From a phage, in sequence record PZ445446.1: a stretch of 64,000 nucleotides of DNA; one strand, given 5' to 3'. A program made the translations under genes and the position numbers. The notes beneath the pieces were generated by a model. It was given only the letters and a program-made list of their open reading frames with translations. It ran no database searches and was not told where the DNA came from. Positions 46,011 to 56,180 of the stretch are shown here, in pieces. Position 1 is the first letter of the stretch, and the number at the start of each line of letters is the position of its first letter.

Positions 46011-46285
46011 TTTTTCTCTCCAAAACCATTCTTAACAAAAGAGATGAAATCGTCGGCACCGCCTATATGGACACTGTCAAGATCGCTTTCTAAGAAGATC
46101 TGCGGCAACGTTCTGGGGACAATTGGACTGCACTTCTCAATAAGCTCTTCTTTTGTGTAGCCCTCGCCAAGTGTCTTATATACAAAAGGCAGACCTTTGC
46201 TGATTGCAAATTCTTTTGCTCTGACACAATGTGGGCAGTTATCCTTACCGTAAATGATGATGAAAAAAGATTTTTCGCAGCTCAT
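46007..46285 (-). CDS. glutaredoxin-like redoxin
   Basis: CPHC active site, TLPQIF and GGADD motifs; adjacent to nrd genes. Confidence 0.75.
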   Translation of the reverse strand: MSCEKSFFIIIYGKDNCPHCVRAKEFAISKGLPFVYKTLGEGYTKEELIEKCSPIVPRTLPQIFLESDLDSVHIGGADDFISFVKNGFGEKK

Positions 46286-46288
46286 ATA

Positions 46289-47377
46289 TTAAAACTCCCA
46301 AATTTCTTCTTCAGCGTCGTTAACAGTTGTGTTGACGCGGTAGTCAGTGTTCGACATTTCTTGGTTCGCCGTCTGTTGTAATGAAGGTTTCATCCACACC
46401 TGCATAAACGGTAGCGGGTCCTTTGTTGGCGGCACAAAGTCTTTGTCGATGTCGTAGTAATCATAAATCGGTGAGCAGTTATAGTCAACCCACTCTTTAA
46501 GCAACGGTGAGTTAAGACCTATAATCGCTCTTCCTTCGCTGAAAATATAGTCACTCCAACCGTACTCTTTGGTTCGTACTTCATCAAGAATCTCTTTTAA
46601 CTCCCCCTTTATCTCAAGGAAGCTTTTCTCCCATGCGGGATCATTAAGCAAGATATCAATGATGGCAAAATCACCTTTCGAATGTAGCATTTCGTCAAGC
46701 ATGATTTTTTGAACAAGCTGCGCCACCTGAACAAAGATACCCTGTTCAGCTACTGCGAAAGTGCATGCAAAACTTGCAATAAACTCAATACTTTCCAGAG
46801 CTAAAAGCGCAAAAAGCGCTCTAAGAATGCATTTCCGCACAATATCTTCTTCAACACTAGAAGGATCCAGGCGGTATTTTGCACCAATAACCTCAAGCTC
46901 TTGCATGTATTTGACAATAACGCCGGATCTGCTCAGAACGTTTTGGTTTTCCTGAATCTCTTCTATAATCTCACGGGCATTGGGGAGGCATTGTCTAACA
47001 ATCTCTGAGTAAGTTAGTGCGTGAAGAACTTCAATCTCTGACTGTTTCATCAATAGAGTGAAAAGCTCACTATTAGTGATGAATGGTGAAAAGAGGCAGA
47101 TGATCGATCTTGCCGCAACGCTATCAGCCTCCCATTGCCACATCAAGGTCTGCACCATCACGTCATAAGTTGACTTTGAGCATGTTACAAAATCTGAAAT
47201 AGATTGCGACAAATCCACTTCATCCTCTGCCCAATCTTGCTCTTTTTGTTTTTTGTATAGTTCAAACAGTTGTGGATATTTTTTGTTGATAGAGTCGTAC
47301 ATACCCATTTGCTGTCCCAGAAACAGCGGATAGTCACCAGTTTTATGAGCGGTGTTCTCAGCATTAAATACAGCCAT
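46289..47377 (-). CDS. nrdB: ribonucleotide reductase beta subunit
   Basis: Two E-x-x-H iron-ligand motifs (EVLHA, DEMLHS); track ORF trimmed to ATG at 47377 with AGAGGTAG RBS. Confidence 0.75.
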   Translation of the reverse strand: MAVFNAENTAHKTGDYPLFLGQQMGMYDSINKKYPQLFELYKKQKEQDWAEDEVDLSQSISDFVTCSKSTYDVMVQTLMWQWEADSVAARSIICLFSPFITNSELFTLLMKQSEIEVLHALTYSEIVRQCLPNAREIIEEIQENQNVLSRSGVIVKYMQELEVIGAKYRLDPSSVEEDIVRKCILRALFALLALESIEFIASFACTFAVAEQGIFVQVAQLVQKIMLDEMLHSKGDFAIIDILLNDPAWEKSFLEIKGELKEILDEVRTKEYGWSDYIFSEGRAIIGLNSPLLKEWVDYNCSPIYDYYDIDKDFVPPTKDPLPFMQVWMKPSLQQTANQEMSNTDYRVNTTVNDAEEEIWEF

Positions 47378-47393
47378 TATTCTACCTCTAAAA

Positions 47394-47407
47394 TGGGGCC
47401 GAAGCCC
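47394..47407 (-). promoter_or_regulatory. intergenic hairpin between nrdA and nrdB
   Basis: GGGGCTTCGGCCCC (minus strand) followed by ATTTTA. Confidence 0.3.
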
Positions 47408-47415
47408 CTTTAAAA

Positions 47416-49731
47416 TTATAGTGCACAGCTTTCGCAATACGGATCTTCAACTGAACTATCTGCAATCAAAGGATAGTTCTTTCTGGTTTCATCTTCAGCC
47501 TGTTTCTTGGCATGAAGTTCCTCTGCCAAGGAGTCACCAGCACCAACCCTAGAGTTTAAATAATACCATGTCTTCATCCCGAATTTAGTGGCACGGATAA
47601 GGTACCCTAACTGCTCCTTCATTGAAATTTTACCATCTTTCAACTTGGTGTAGTCTATGTATAAATCCGCGCTGATTGCCTGACCTGTGAATTTTTGAAT
47701 CACGGCATACATATCGATCATGTCGTTAGTATCAACGTCCCAAGCCGAGGTGTAATACTCTTTCAACTCATCATAGTCAGGAACGATAAACAGCACCTGC
47801 CCTTGTGGCGACTTTTTAAAGATAATGTGCTCACGGACAGGATAAACCCCGTTAGTGGTGTTTGTTGCCAGCGAAGAGCTTTCATTAGGCATATATGCTT
47901 CAAGAACGCTATTACGTAGCCCACCATTCTCAATGATTTCTTTACGTAACCCTTCCCAATCCTGTTTAAGAGAAGGATCTTTCACCACGCTATCGACCTC
48001 TTTGTTATAGGTGTCGATTGGTAACCAACCTTCTGGATATTTTGTTTTATGCATCCACTCGCAGACACCACGCTCTTTTGCCAACCGTAAACTTGCCTTA
48101 TGCAAGCTGTAGCTGTGAAGTTCTGCAAGATCGTGAACGAGCTGTTTACTTTCAGGAGACCCGTAAGTAACCTTGTGGCTGGCAATAAAATGTGCAACAT
48201 TGGTAAGGCCAACCCCGATGGATCTGCGTTTTTTAACTGTGCTTTCCATATTTTCATACGGATATGTCATGATTTCTATAACATTGTCAATCATAAGCAC
48301 CGTATAGTATGCAACATCCTCATACTCCTCTGGAGTAACCCTCCCAGCTACAAGAGATGACAGGAAGCACAATGCAACCTCTCCATCATCAGCATCGTGC
48401 TTGAAGATATTACGCATATCTGAATAGCCTTTTGTCGGGAGGGCTATTTCTGCACACAGGTTGCTTGAATAGATCACATCTTTAAAAGGTGTATGTCTAT
48501 TCATCTCATCTGTCCAGTATACGTACAGCCTTCCCACCTCAGTGCGCTGCGTGATCAGTTCAACAGCAAGATCTCTAGCTCGGATCCATGTTTTAGGAAT
48601 ACTGTCATCTTTAGCAATACGATCAACCTCTGCATCAAACTCCTCCATAGACATGGTGAAGATACCCTCATGCAGTTGAGGCGCGTGCTTATAAGAAACA
48701 AGCATCCAATCTAAATTCTTAGCCACACGGTTGATAAACGACCTATTAATACCGATGGAGTAGTCCATGGTGTTGATTCTTTTTGAAGCAACAGTCATAG
48801 GGTTTCTCAAACGGATTAGCTCATCAATCTGCGGGTCCAGTGCAAGGAATGATACTGTTGCAGAACCACCACGTGATTGTTGTCTGTTCTCCTTAACCCC
48901 AGCATCAATACCTCGATAATATGGAATCTTACCCATATGTTTAATAGTGTTACCACGAACACCATCGCCTGCAGATCTTGAGGATAAGTAGTAGCCGATA
49001 CCTGCTTGATTAACCGTCATTGTGTACGCAACTTCACGTGCCACACCAATAGATTTTGCTGTATCGTCAGCTTTTATTACACAACAAGATGCATACCCTG
49101 TCTTACCTGTGCGCAGCCCGTTTAAGTACGGTGTCGGGGCATTGATCTTTAAGTCGGACAGATAAGTGTATAATTTTACAACATCGTTGATACGACGTTC
49201 TTTCGGCATATTCTTCATGACAGCCATTGCTATCCCCATAAACATCATCTGGGGAGATTCAAACAAGGTGTCTTTAAGAGTATCCTTGATCCCATATTTG
49301 TCGCGAAACTGTTTAAGGACTGCATAGCCATAACCGAGATCTTTACTGTGGTCAATAACAGCGTCTAAAGTGTTTAGCTCGGTAAAGCTATAGCCCATAT
49401 CCTCCCAATACCCTTTCTCAACCATGGTATTGTAAAATGATGGTAAGGAAGGGATCTTTGTAAACCCTCCAAAAGCCTCTTTATAGATCTGACCAATAAG
49501 AACACGACCAGCCATACGGGAATGTGCTTCGTCTTTACGGCTAACACAAGAGTCTATAATAGCTTGGTTAACTTCTTTGGTTGTACATCCATCATACAAC
49601 CGCTTGTAGGCATCCAGTGCAATATGTGACCAATTGCCGTTACCGTCGTCACCGAAAATAGCTGCCTTATTTAAACGTTCTGGATCGAATGCCACTTCAC
49701 ATCCGTTGCTTTTAATTACCTTGGTGATCAA
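47416..49731 (-). CDS. nrdA: ribonucleotide reductase alpha subunit (class I)
   Basis: N-terminal ATP-cone-like; SSNLCAEI active-site motif; C-terminal CESCAL cysteine pair; 771 aa. Confidence 0.85.
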   Translation of the reverse strand: MITKVIKSNGCEVAFDPERLNKAAIFGDDGNGNWSHIALDAYKRLYDGCTTKEVNQAIIDSCVSRKDEAHSRMAGRVLIGQIYKEAFGGFTKIPSLPSFYNTMVEKGYWEDMGYSFTELNTLDAVIDHSKDLGYGYAVLKQFRDKYGIKDTLKDTLFESPQMMFMGIAMAVMKNMPKERRINDVVKLYTYLSDLKINAPTPYLNGLRTGKTGYASCCVIKADDTAKSIGVAREVAYTMTVNQAGIGYYLSSRSAGDGVRGNTIKHMGKIPYYRGIDAGVKENRQQSRGGSATVSFLALDPQIDELIRLRNPMTVASKRINTMDYSIGINRSFINRVAKNLDWMLVSYKHAPQLHEGIFTMSMEEFDAEVDRIAKDDSIPKTWIRARDLAVELITQRTEVGRLYVYWTDEMNRHTPFKDVIYSSNLCAEIALPTKGYSDMRNIFKHDADDGEVALCFLSSLVAGRVTPEEYEDVAYYTVLMIDNVIEIMTYPYENMESTVKKRRSIGVGLTNVAHFIASHKVTYGSPESKQLVHDLAELHSYSLHKASLRLAKERGVCEWMHKTKYPEGWLPIDTYNKEVDSVVKDPSLKQDWEGLRKEIIENGGLRNSVLEAYMPNESSSLATNTTNGVYPVREHIIFKKSPQGQVLFIVPDYDELKEYYTSAWDVDTNDMIDMYAVIQKFTGQAISADLYIDYTKLKDGKISMKEQLGYLIRATKFGMKTWYYLNSRVGAGDSLAEELHAKKQAEDETRKNYPLIADSSVEDPYCESCAL

Positions 49732-50036
49732 TTTGCTTCCTCCACTTCATTAACGTATTTATCAAGGCAGGTATCAGTATCTTGCTGGATAAAGGTATCC
49801 TCTTCTACAGAGATATTTATAATTTTACCTGTATACTCGTCATAATAAACATCATCATACATTTTAATATCGTTTGTCAGGCCGTTGAACCAAAGCCAAC
49901 CAACATACTCTGCCCGACTTGCAAAACCAAGATCCTTCCACTTGGAGTTATGACTCATCTTCACCACCTTAGCTTTCAATACCGAATAATTTTTCCAGGC
50001 GATGCAGATCTTCAAAATTGAAAGGTTCATCAACAA
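49728..50036 (-). CDS. hypothetical protein
   Basis: ORF track 102 aa; start uncertain. Confidence 0.4.
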   Translation of the reverse strand: MLMNLSILKICIAWKNYSVLKAKVVKMSHNSKWKDLGFASRAEYVGWLWFNGLTNDIKMYDDVYYDEYTGKIINISVEEDTFIQQDTDTCLDKYVNEVEEAN

Positions 50037-50469
50037 TATGAATATCTTCAGCCTTTTCAGATTGTTTTGTATACTTTCTTACATTAACACGATCCTCTAC
50101 AGGGATATCATACGGAAGATCTTGAACAAGCATTGCCTCACCGGGTGCTTTATCTACATCTAAAATATCTACACCGTTATACATTTGCGGGTATCTAAAG
50201 TCTGCACGCATGACACCAGCAAATACATCTGCCTTTCGATAATGTGTTGGCTTATTTTTGCATCGAACGTTTTTTCCACGAAGAACATCAATACTTTTTA
50301 AATCAAACCCTACGGCAAAGAGTGCAGCTCGGAGACCGTTTCGTGTGCGAACGTTAAACCCGGGAACGGTAGATAGGAAATCCAAAGTAACTGAAATAAA
50401 TGTCTTTTTAGGAATCATAACATTACTCATATCTGTCTCCATTTCTGGCTCACTAACAAAGTGAGCCAT
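49969..50469 (-). CDS. hypothetical protein
   Basis: ORF track 166 aa. Confidence 0.5.
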   Translation of the reverse strand: MAHFVSEPEMETDMSNVMIPKKTFISVTLDFLSTVPGFNVRTRNGLRAALFAVGFDLKSIDVLRGKNVRCKNKPTHYRKADVFAGVMRADFRYPQMYNGVDILDVDKAPGEAMLVQDLPYDIPVEDRVNVRKYTKQSEKAEDIHIVDEPFNFEDLHRLEKLFGIES

Positions 50470-50528
50470 TATTATAGATTATCTGATACTATTAGTCAAC
50501 ACAAAAGTTACCTATCGCTGTGATAGGA

Positions 50529-51512
50529 TTAACCTTTCACGAAGTGGTTATTAAGCAGTTGTCTGTGCTGAACCCACCCACAAAAGTTGGCAGACCAGAA
50601 TTTACCATCACGGTCTTGATGGGTTACACCTTCCTGCCAAGTACTGATGTCTTGTGTGATTTCACATGAAGACAGGTAGTAGTTTAAACGTTCCATTGCG
50701 TTATCGTGATCCATAGGTGTTGCCTGGTGCTCGTAAGGGCTTGCATGAATACGATCCCCACCAATCAATTTTTTAGCCACACTGTCTGCCTTTTCAAACG
50801 TGCTGTCAATATTTCGATAAGATACTTGTGCACAGCAACTAGCACTGATAGACAGAGCTTCTTTAGTATCGAGAATGCAGAGCTTTCCTTCTGTGTCACG
50901 CACAGCGTAGTTAAACTCTCCGTCCAAATAAACGTGCTCTACATATGGGGTGTGCCATTGACCCGGTTTAAGGATTTCAGGAGTGCTATTCCCAAGAGCC
51001 TCCCACATACAATTAGCCAACATCTGAATCGTAGGATCCGCATCGTGCCAGCAACGGAGGTGGAAAAAATTGTTCCACTCGGTGCTTGTTACAACTGTTT
51101 TCATGCGCTGAAAAGGCTCCACTAAGCGGTTACATACTTGCTTATGGTAACCAGCAAGTGCGAACTTCTCTGCATGCCAAGCGGCGTTTTTTGCAGCCTC
51201 TTTCCAAAACTCTTCAGGAGTTAGCTCCATGTCAGTGTACTCTACACGGATCTTTTGATCGTGTTCCCCACCATCCTCCATTCCTCGCTTATTTACACCG
51301 AAGCGAACTGGCATTGCCGGATTCTCCACAATCTGCTGCAGCATCTTGCCGACAGGCACTGCACGGGAAGACATGGCGTTTCGGCTGAATACTCGATGCG
51401 TCATAAGCTCTGAGTGAATAATTCGAGGATACTCTAGCTCAAAAGTGGTGATGCGCTTACCTTTCTCGGAAATGCTGTCAGCAATGATCTTTGCAGTGCA
51501 CAGTTTTAGCAT
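50529..51512 (-). CDS. thyX: putative flavin-dependent thymidylate synthase (ThyX-like)
   Basis: THRVFSRNAMSSR fits ThyX signature (R/T)HRxxSxxxxSxR; nucleotide-metabolism context. Confidence 0.5.
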   Translation of the reverse strand: MLKLCTAKIIADSISEKGKRITTFELEYPRIIHSELMTHRVFSRNAMSSRAVPVGKMLQQIVENPAMPVRFGVNKRGMEDGGEHDQKIRVEYTDMELTPEEFWKEAAKNAAWHAEKFALAGYHKQVCNRLVEPFQRMKTVVTSTEWNNFFHLRCWHDADPTIQMLANCMWEALGNSTPEILKPGQWHTPYVEHVYLDGEFNYAVRDTEGKLCILDTKEALSISASCCAQVSYRNIDSTFEKADSVAKKLIGGDRIHASPYEHQATPMDHDNAMERLNYYLSSCEITQDISTWQEGVTHQDRDGKFWSANFCGWVQHRQLLNNHFVKG

Positions 51513-51712
51513 TATTTAGCTCTCCTTGTTTTAATTTTGGAAATTTCGTCTGGGTTTATATTGGCCTTAAATGCAAGGTATCTGTTAAACATATCAGAGC
51601 ACATATCTTGGGTGATCCTGGAGGCATACACTAGCTTACCTCCTAGATCATACACCTCTAGCCAGTCACCATATCTGACTACAGGATCGCCACCTTTAGA
51701 ACATCTGACCAT
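51512..51712 (-). CDS. small hypothetical protein
   Basis: ORF track 66 aa. Confidence 0.45.
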   Translation of the reverse strand: MVRCSKGGDPVVRYGDWLEVYDLGGKLVYASRITQDMCSDMFNRYLAFKANINPDEISKIKTRRAK

Positions 51713-51713
51713 T

Positions 51714-52307
51714 TCAAATACCTTCTAAAAATTTTCCTATTTTATACCAGCTATTAGCGGTATAGTCAACACTGACCTTTAACTCCTCGAATTGCTCATA
51801 AGGCGTATCTTTTAGGATTTTAATAACTTCAGGTCGTGAAGCGAATTGGTTCAGGTATTCATGCCTGTCGTCAATTATAACATCTACAGCCACATTCCCT
51901 TTGAAATGTGTGGCGTAGAAGCCGTGGCCCTGGGTGTGGTCGTCCAGATCCATAAAATCACTGGTCCAACGCTTTAAGAACCTTGATTTAGATGCAAGGT
52001 GACCTTTCTTGCATACCGAGATAAATGCAAGCTTGTGACCACGAGCCACCAAATCTTTCATAACCTCAACAGCCCCATCTTCAGGCTTAAGAAAGTCGTA
52101 GAGGAATGGGTCACTCCAGAAATCAAAAGGCCCTATGATGTTTTCTTTGGGGCGATCAGGCCAATACTTTGACAGATCGTAATACATCAGTCCATTAGAA
52201 GGTTTAGCGACTGTCTTACTGGCTGGACCATACAAACGCTCCAACCACTCCCACCATGCTGTTCCTGAATCTACCAGTGTCAAATCTACATCAATTCCGA
52301 TTAACAT
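51714..52307 (-). CDS. HAD-superfamily hydrolase (putative nucleotidase)
   Basis: N-terminal IDVDLT (DxDxT) motif. Confidence 0.5.
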   Translation of the reverse strand: MLIGIDVDLTLVDSGTAWWEWLERLYGPASKTVAKPSNGLMYYDLSKYWPDRPKENIIGPFDFWSDPFLYDFLKPEDGAVEVMKDLVARGHKLAFISVCKKGHLASKSRFLKRWTSDFMDLDDHTQGHGFYATHFKGNVAVDVIIDDRHEYLNQFASRPEVIKILKDTPYEQFEELKVSVDYTANSWYKIGKFLEGI

Positions 52308-52918
52308 TCTTCTTGGGCCTCTTTAGCATCAATATACTTGCACACAATCTCCGATGCACACTCCCAAGGTGCACCTTCAGGGTTTACAACATCAAACTCA
52401 ACCCCTTTTATTCCGTTCTTTTCCAGACTTAGATAGGTTCTGGAATCATTTCCCCAGTCATATCCTACACGGTGAATACGGAACAACAACAGATCTCCAC
52501 CTGTGCTGTATGCGTACTCGCTAAGGCATGCCAGCTCCTCTTTGAATCCCCCATCGGAGTAAACAATAACCCCTTTACCTTCAGGGAAATCTTTCTTCAA
52601 AGATGCGACTGCGGCTTTACCGAAAGCATCTTCACCAAAGATAGGTTTAATCAGATTTTCACTACAATGGATCATCCATTCTCGCGGAGAAACATGCTTG
52701 CCGTCTATCATTAAGAAAGGGCAAGGCTCTTCTTTGTAGTGGCGGTCATAAAGTGCATTCCAGAGTTGAGGAGTTACACCAGCTGCCTTAATTGCCACAC
52801 TGAAGAGCATCTCCTTAACCTCACGGTGGTGTGAGTTAGGAATAGCTTCCAACAAGAGATCTGCAATGTGATCCTTACCACTGCTGGGTGGGGCGTTAAG
52901 AACAATAATATCCATCAA
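52301..52918 (-). CDS. putative deoxynucleoside monophosphate kinase (T4 gp1-like)
   Basis: N-terminal LNAPPSSGKDHIADL resembles T4 gp1 P-loop region. Confidence 0.4.
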   Translation of the reverse strand: MMDIIVLNAPPSSGKDHIADLLLEAIPNSHHREVKEMLFSVAIKAAGVTPQLWNALYDRHYKEEPCPFLMIDGKHVSPREWMIHCSENLIKPIFGEDAFGKAAVASLKKDFPEGKGVIVYSDGGFKEELACLSEYAYSTGGDLLLFRIHRVGYDWGNDSRTYLSLEKNGIKGVEFDVVNPEGAPWECASEIVCKYIDAKEAQEEC

Positions 52919-53118
52919 AAACCTCCATGGTATTCTTCAACTGCATCAATAATACTTTTACACTTATCTACCAGCTCGTTAGCCACTACAGCGTCGTCTT
53001 CCCAAACAGCCTCCTCAATCTGATCAAGCAATGATCGCATCTTACTCATCATTTCTGGGATAAAGTTTTCTGAAAAGCTGTCTGGAATTGTTAACTCTAG
53101 TGTCATTTCGGTCTCCAA
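52915..53118 (-). CDS. small acidic protein
   Basis: ORF track 67 aa. Confidence 0.45.
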   Translation of the reverse strand: METEMTLELTIPDSFSENFIPEMMSKMRSLLDQIEEAVWEDDAVVANELVDKCKSIIDAVEEYHGGF

Positions 53119-53133
53119 TCATACTATGCGTTA

Positions 53134-53592
53134 TTAGAAGTTTGTTTTTACACGTCCCTTTTCATCAACCTCGTTGTTAGCTAAAAGCGTTACAAAGTCT
53201 GTGAAACGGACATGAAGAACTCTTTTCTTATCAAGGTATCCTAAAGCCACCCCTGAGAAATTTAGCATCAAAGGGGCTAAAGAAGCTCTGGCACTGAAAT
53301 GCTGTTGTTCTACCCTTCCAACACCCTTAGTGTAGGATGGGTTAAGATTGTAAGTTCTGAATCCCAGTTTTGTTGGAGCTTTAGAATTAAAAACGACTTT
53401 ATAGCGTTTCTTACTCAACTTATGCTCCAGGATAAGCATTCCCTTATCACCTTTGATAAGTTGAAAATCTGTAAAGTGCTCTTTTAAGACGAAAGGTAGT
53501 GCCAGTCCCATCGCCTGTCCTCTTTGTACCGCTGTCTCACCAAAAGCTTTTGCATCAGTAAGTTCTTTGGTCAAGTCTATGCTTTTGATCAT
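53134..53592 (-). CDS. hypothetical protein
   Basis: ORF track 152 aa. Confidence 0.5.
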   Translation of the reverse strand: MIKSIDLTKELTDAKAFGETAVQRGQAMGLALPFVLKEHFTDFQLIKGDKGMLILEHKLSKKRYKVVFNSKAPTKLGFRTYNLNPSYTKGVGRVEQQHFSARASLAPLMLNFSGVALGYLDKKRVLHVRFTDFVTLLANNEVDEKGRVKTNF

Positions 53593-54403
53593 ACCTGGTC
53601 TCCAAAATGTATTGTAGTTCTTTCTTACCTATACTCTTCATTCCAGCAGTCTTACCTGCTTCTTCTTGAAAAGAAGAATAGCATTCAGCAAACACTCTGT
53701 CAACACCGTTAACTAAAGATTTTATGAAATATGTTGATTCTTCAGATTTTGGGTCATCATCCCCCAATACTTTTCCAGCATTATACCCAACACGTCTTAC
53801 ACAGAAGTCGTAGTCATCTGGTGTGCTAAAAGAAAATAACTTATTCTCTCCAATCTCTACAGGATCCCTATTGCACGCCTTTTTCTCCCAAATTTGGAAA
53901 ACACATGGCACGTCATAAGGTTTGCCATTAAGTAAAAACGAATTCTTAGGGCACCTTTCGCTGTAGACAAGGTGCATCGACATGTCCAGTTTGTTTGCAA
54001 AAAATATTTTTTCAAATGTCCGTGGCAAGATGAAGGCTATAGCCCCTCCAAGCTCTAGCAATGATGCACAATGGTTAAAGAATTTGCAAGCTAAGGATGA
54101 ATTCTTGCCAAATGGTGGGTTACCTATGAAGACATCTGCCTTGGGATGCACCTCCAAGAAGTTTGCCTGAATGCACGGTGTTGGTCCTTCAAATTCAGGA
54201 TCTGGTACTAAATCGTACGACAGTATCTCTGAAAATAGTTTTGAAAAAGAACCCCTTCCAGCAGAAGGCTCAACGTATGCACAATTCCCATACTTATCTT
54301 TTACTTTACCAACAAGATATTCTGCATACTCAGGGTTTGTGTAGTATTTGTCGTTGGACTCTTTCTTGCTCAAAGTGCCTCCAAAAGGAAAAGGGAGGCG
54401 CAA
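53555..54403 (-). CDS. N6-adenine-type methyltransferase (DNA or RNA target not resolved)
   Basis: SAM-binding-like VEPSAGRGSF then FIGNPPFG motif IV. Confidence 0.6.
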   Translation of the reverse strand: MRLPFPFGGTLSKKESNDKYYTNPEYAEYLVGKVKDKYGNCAYVEPSAGRGSFSKLFSEILSYDLVPDPEFEGPTPCIQANFLEVHPKADVFIGNPPFGKNSSLACKFFNHCASLLELGGAIAFILPRTFEKIFFANKLDMSMHLVYSERCPKNSFLLNGKPYDVPCVFQIWEKKACNRDPVEIGENKLFSFSTPDDYDFCVRRVGYNAGKVLGDDDPKSEESTYFIKSLVNGVDRVFAECYSSFQEEAGKTAGMKSIGKKELQYILETRYDQKHRLDQRTY

Positions 54404-54418
54404 GCCTCCCTATAATTG

Positions 54419-55402
54419 TTAGATTATCTGAATCAGGGTATTTTTCATTTCTTCTCTGGTGCGGATGTTGTTACGGTCACGAACAACAGATCCACAACCT
54501 TCGCAGCGGTATGTTTTAAATGCACTCAGTTGAGTATACGCCAAAGCTTCTTCCTCGTGAAGGTGTTCTCCACCACAGCGTGGGCAACGAACTTTTGGCT
54601 CCTCATCCTGGTAGTACAATGACATGTTGGGGTGCTGCTTAGCAAACGGGCGAGCCAGCAAATACAGGCCTTCCAGAGATAGGATATCGCCAACATTGTA
54701 CTCCCGCATCTGTTTAAACGCCTCAAGATCACCGTGAACACACTTGATCCACATTTCAAATGTGTGGTCAATCAGTTTCTGTCGGGCAAGTTGGAAGTAT
54801 TTGCATGCATACTCCAAAGTGTTTGCATTCAAACGGAATGCCTTCTTGATCATTTTAAGGGTGTCAACCTCTTTGTAGGGGCTTGTTGGAGGCAATCCGT
54901 GAAATGCAAATCGTTGGTTGGCCCACCCACAGTCAAAACCTGAATTGTGGGCTACTGCGACATCACATTTATCCAGATAATACCACAAATCCTGAATCAA
55001 TTCGAGATCATTGTGAATATCCTCATCCCACATTTTGTAATCAGGAAGAGCGCAGTCAACCACACTAGGACTGTCTAACCACTTACCTGCGAAAGTTAGC
55101 ATGTAGGGCATAATTTCAATACCGCAGGTTTGAATGTTGGTCTTATAGTGCCCAAAGAACCAGCCGTTTGTTGGAGATGTCTCTGTATCATACACCCAAA
55201 CTTTAGCACCTTTGTGCTCTTCAAGGAAGCGCTCCGTTGCTTCTCCTACAATCTCTGACATATTCTCTTGTGCACGTTTAAGCTGTAGTCGGATCCAGCT
55301 CTCACGTGACTCACGGCCTAAAAATTCACGAGCAATTTGTCTATTAGTGTATCCCTGTTGCTTTAGTGTTAAAATTTGCTCAAGAGTTAACTTTGTCATC
55401 AT
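54419..55402 (-). CDS. DEDDy-type 3'-5' exonuclease with N-terminal HTH-like region and C-terminal zinc ribbon
   Basis: VYDTETS (Exo I), AHNSGFD (Exo II), YNVGD (Exo III-like); CPRCGG...CEGCG. Confidence 0.5.
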   Translation of the reverse strand: MMTKLTLEQILTLKQQGYTNRQIAREFLGRESRESWIRLQLKRAQENMSEIVGEATERFLEEHKGAKVWVYDTETSPTNGWFFGHYKTNIQTCGIEIMPYMLTFAGKWLDSPSVVDCALPDYKMWDEDIHNDLELIQDLWYYLDKCDVAVAHNSGFDCGWANQRFAFHGLPPTSPYKEVDTLKMIKKAFRLNANTLEYACKYFQLARQKLIDHTFEMWIKCVHGDLEAFKQMREYNVGDILSLEGLYLLARPFAKQHPNMSLYYQDEEPKVRCPRCGGEHLHEEEALAYTQLSAFKTYRCEGCGSVVRDRNNIRTREEMKNTLIQII

Positions 55403-55414
55403 CGTTAAGATTCC

Positions 55415-55636
55415 TTAGTAAAACTGAAGAATGTCTTTTAAAGCGAAGTCACGATATTCGCCCTTGTCTACATCGAAGGCACGCATCAACCACTGCTCTT
55501 CTTTATGATACTCTGTAGAGCCAAACCATAAATTAGGCTCAGTAACGCAGCGATCTGCAACAACACCTTTCCAGTTACGGTATTTCATCCTGATCAGGAC
55601 TGAGTCGCAAGGATTGAATACCTTTTTCATCCCCAT
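55415..55636 (-). CDS. small hypothetical protein
   Basis: ORF track 73 aa. Confidence 0.4.
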   Translation of the reverse strand: MGMKKVFNPCDSVLIRMKYRNWKGVVADRCVTEPNLWFGSTEYHKEEQWLMRAFDVDKGEYRDFALKDILQFY

Positions 55637-56180
55637 AGAAATCTCTCTCCTCAGTTTTCTTTATAAACTCCTGCATGTAGGACTCAATAGCCTCATGCTT
55701 GGTGCACTCTGGATTAATGACAAGATTGAGATCTGATTCTGCTCGTGCAATGATCGTAGCTTTAGAGCATCTCCTCAAGAACTTTGTCATATCATCTCTG
55801 TAGTTTTTGTGGAGCGGGAAGTCGCTGTAGTCTTTCTCCAAATAGTCAGCCATCCGGCGCAACGCCTCTGATAAACTGCAATCTGTATACTCGTTACAGT
55901 ATTTCATCCAGTATTTAAGCACATACCCCTCAAAGGTATTAGTGCATTGTGACAAAACACCCCTGCAACGACCAGTCAGATGGTCATGATCCAAACAAGG
56001 CTTACGAAGTGGCTCGCACAAGATCGGATCAAGACCATCCTGCTCCTCTGACAATTCTTTTCGAAAGTTGGCTATGTCCTTAGAATCTTTTAACCACCCG
56101 TTATGAACGGGGGCTTTGACAGCTTTCTTTCTTATTTTACGCTTTGCGATAATCCCTCCAGATGCGCCCTGCCTATCCAA
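55575..56180 (-). CDS. endonuclease VII-like protein
   Basis: CLDHDHLTGRCRGVLSQCTN resembles T4 endo VII HLDHDH...RGLLCNLCN motif. Confidence 0.5.
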   Translation of the reverse strand: MDRQGASGGIIAKRKIRKKAVKAPVHNGWLKDSKDIANFRKELSEEQDGLDPILCEPLRKPCLDHDHLTGRCRGVLSQCTNTFEGYVLKYWMKYCNEYTDCSLSEALRRMADYLEKDYSDFPLHKNYRDDMTKFLRRCSKATIIARAESDLNLVINPECTKHEAIESYMQEFIKKTEERDFYGDEKGIQSLRLSPDQDEIP

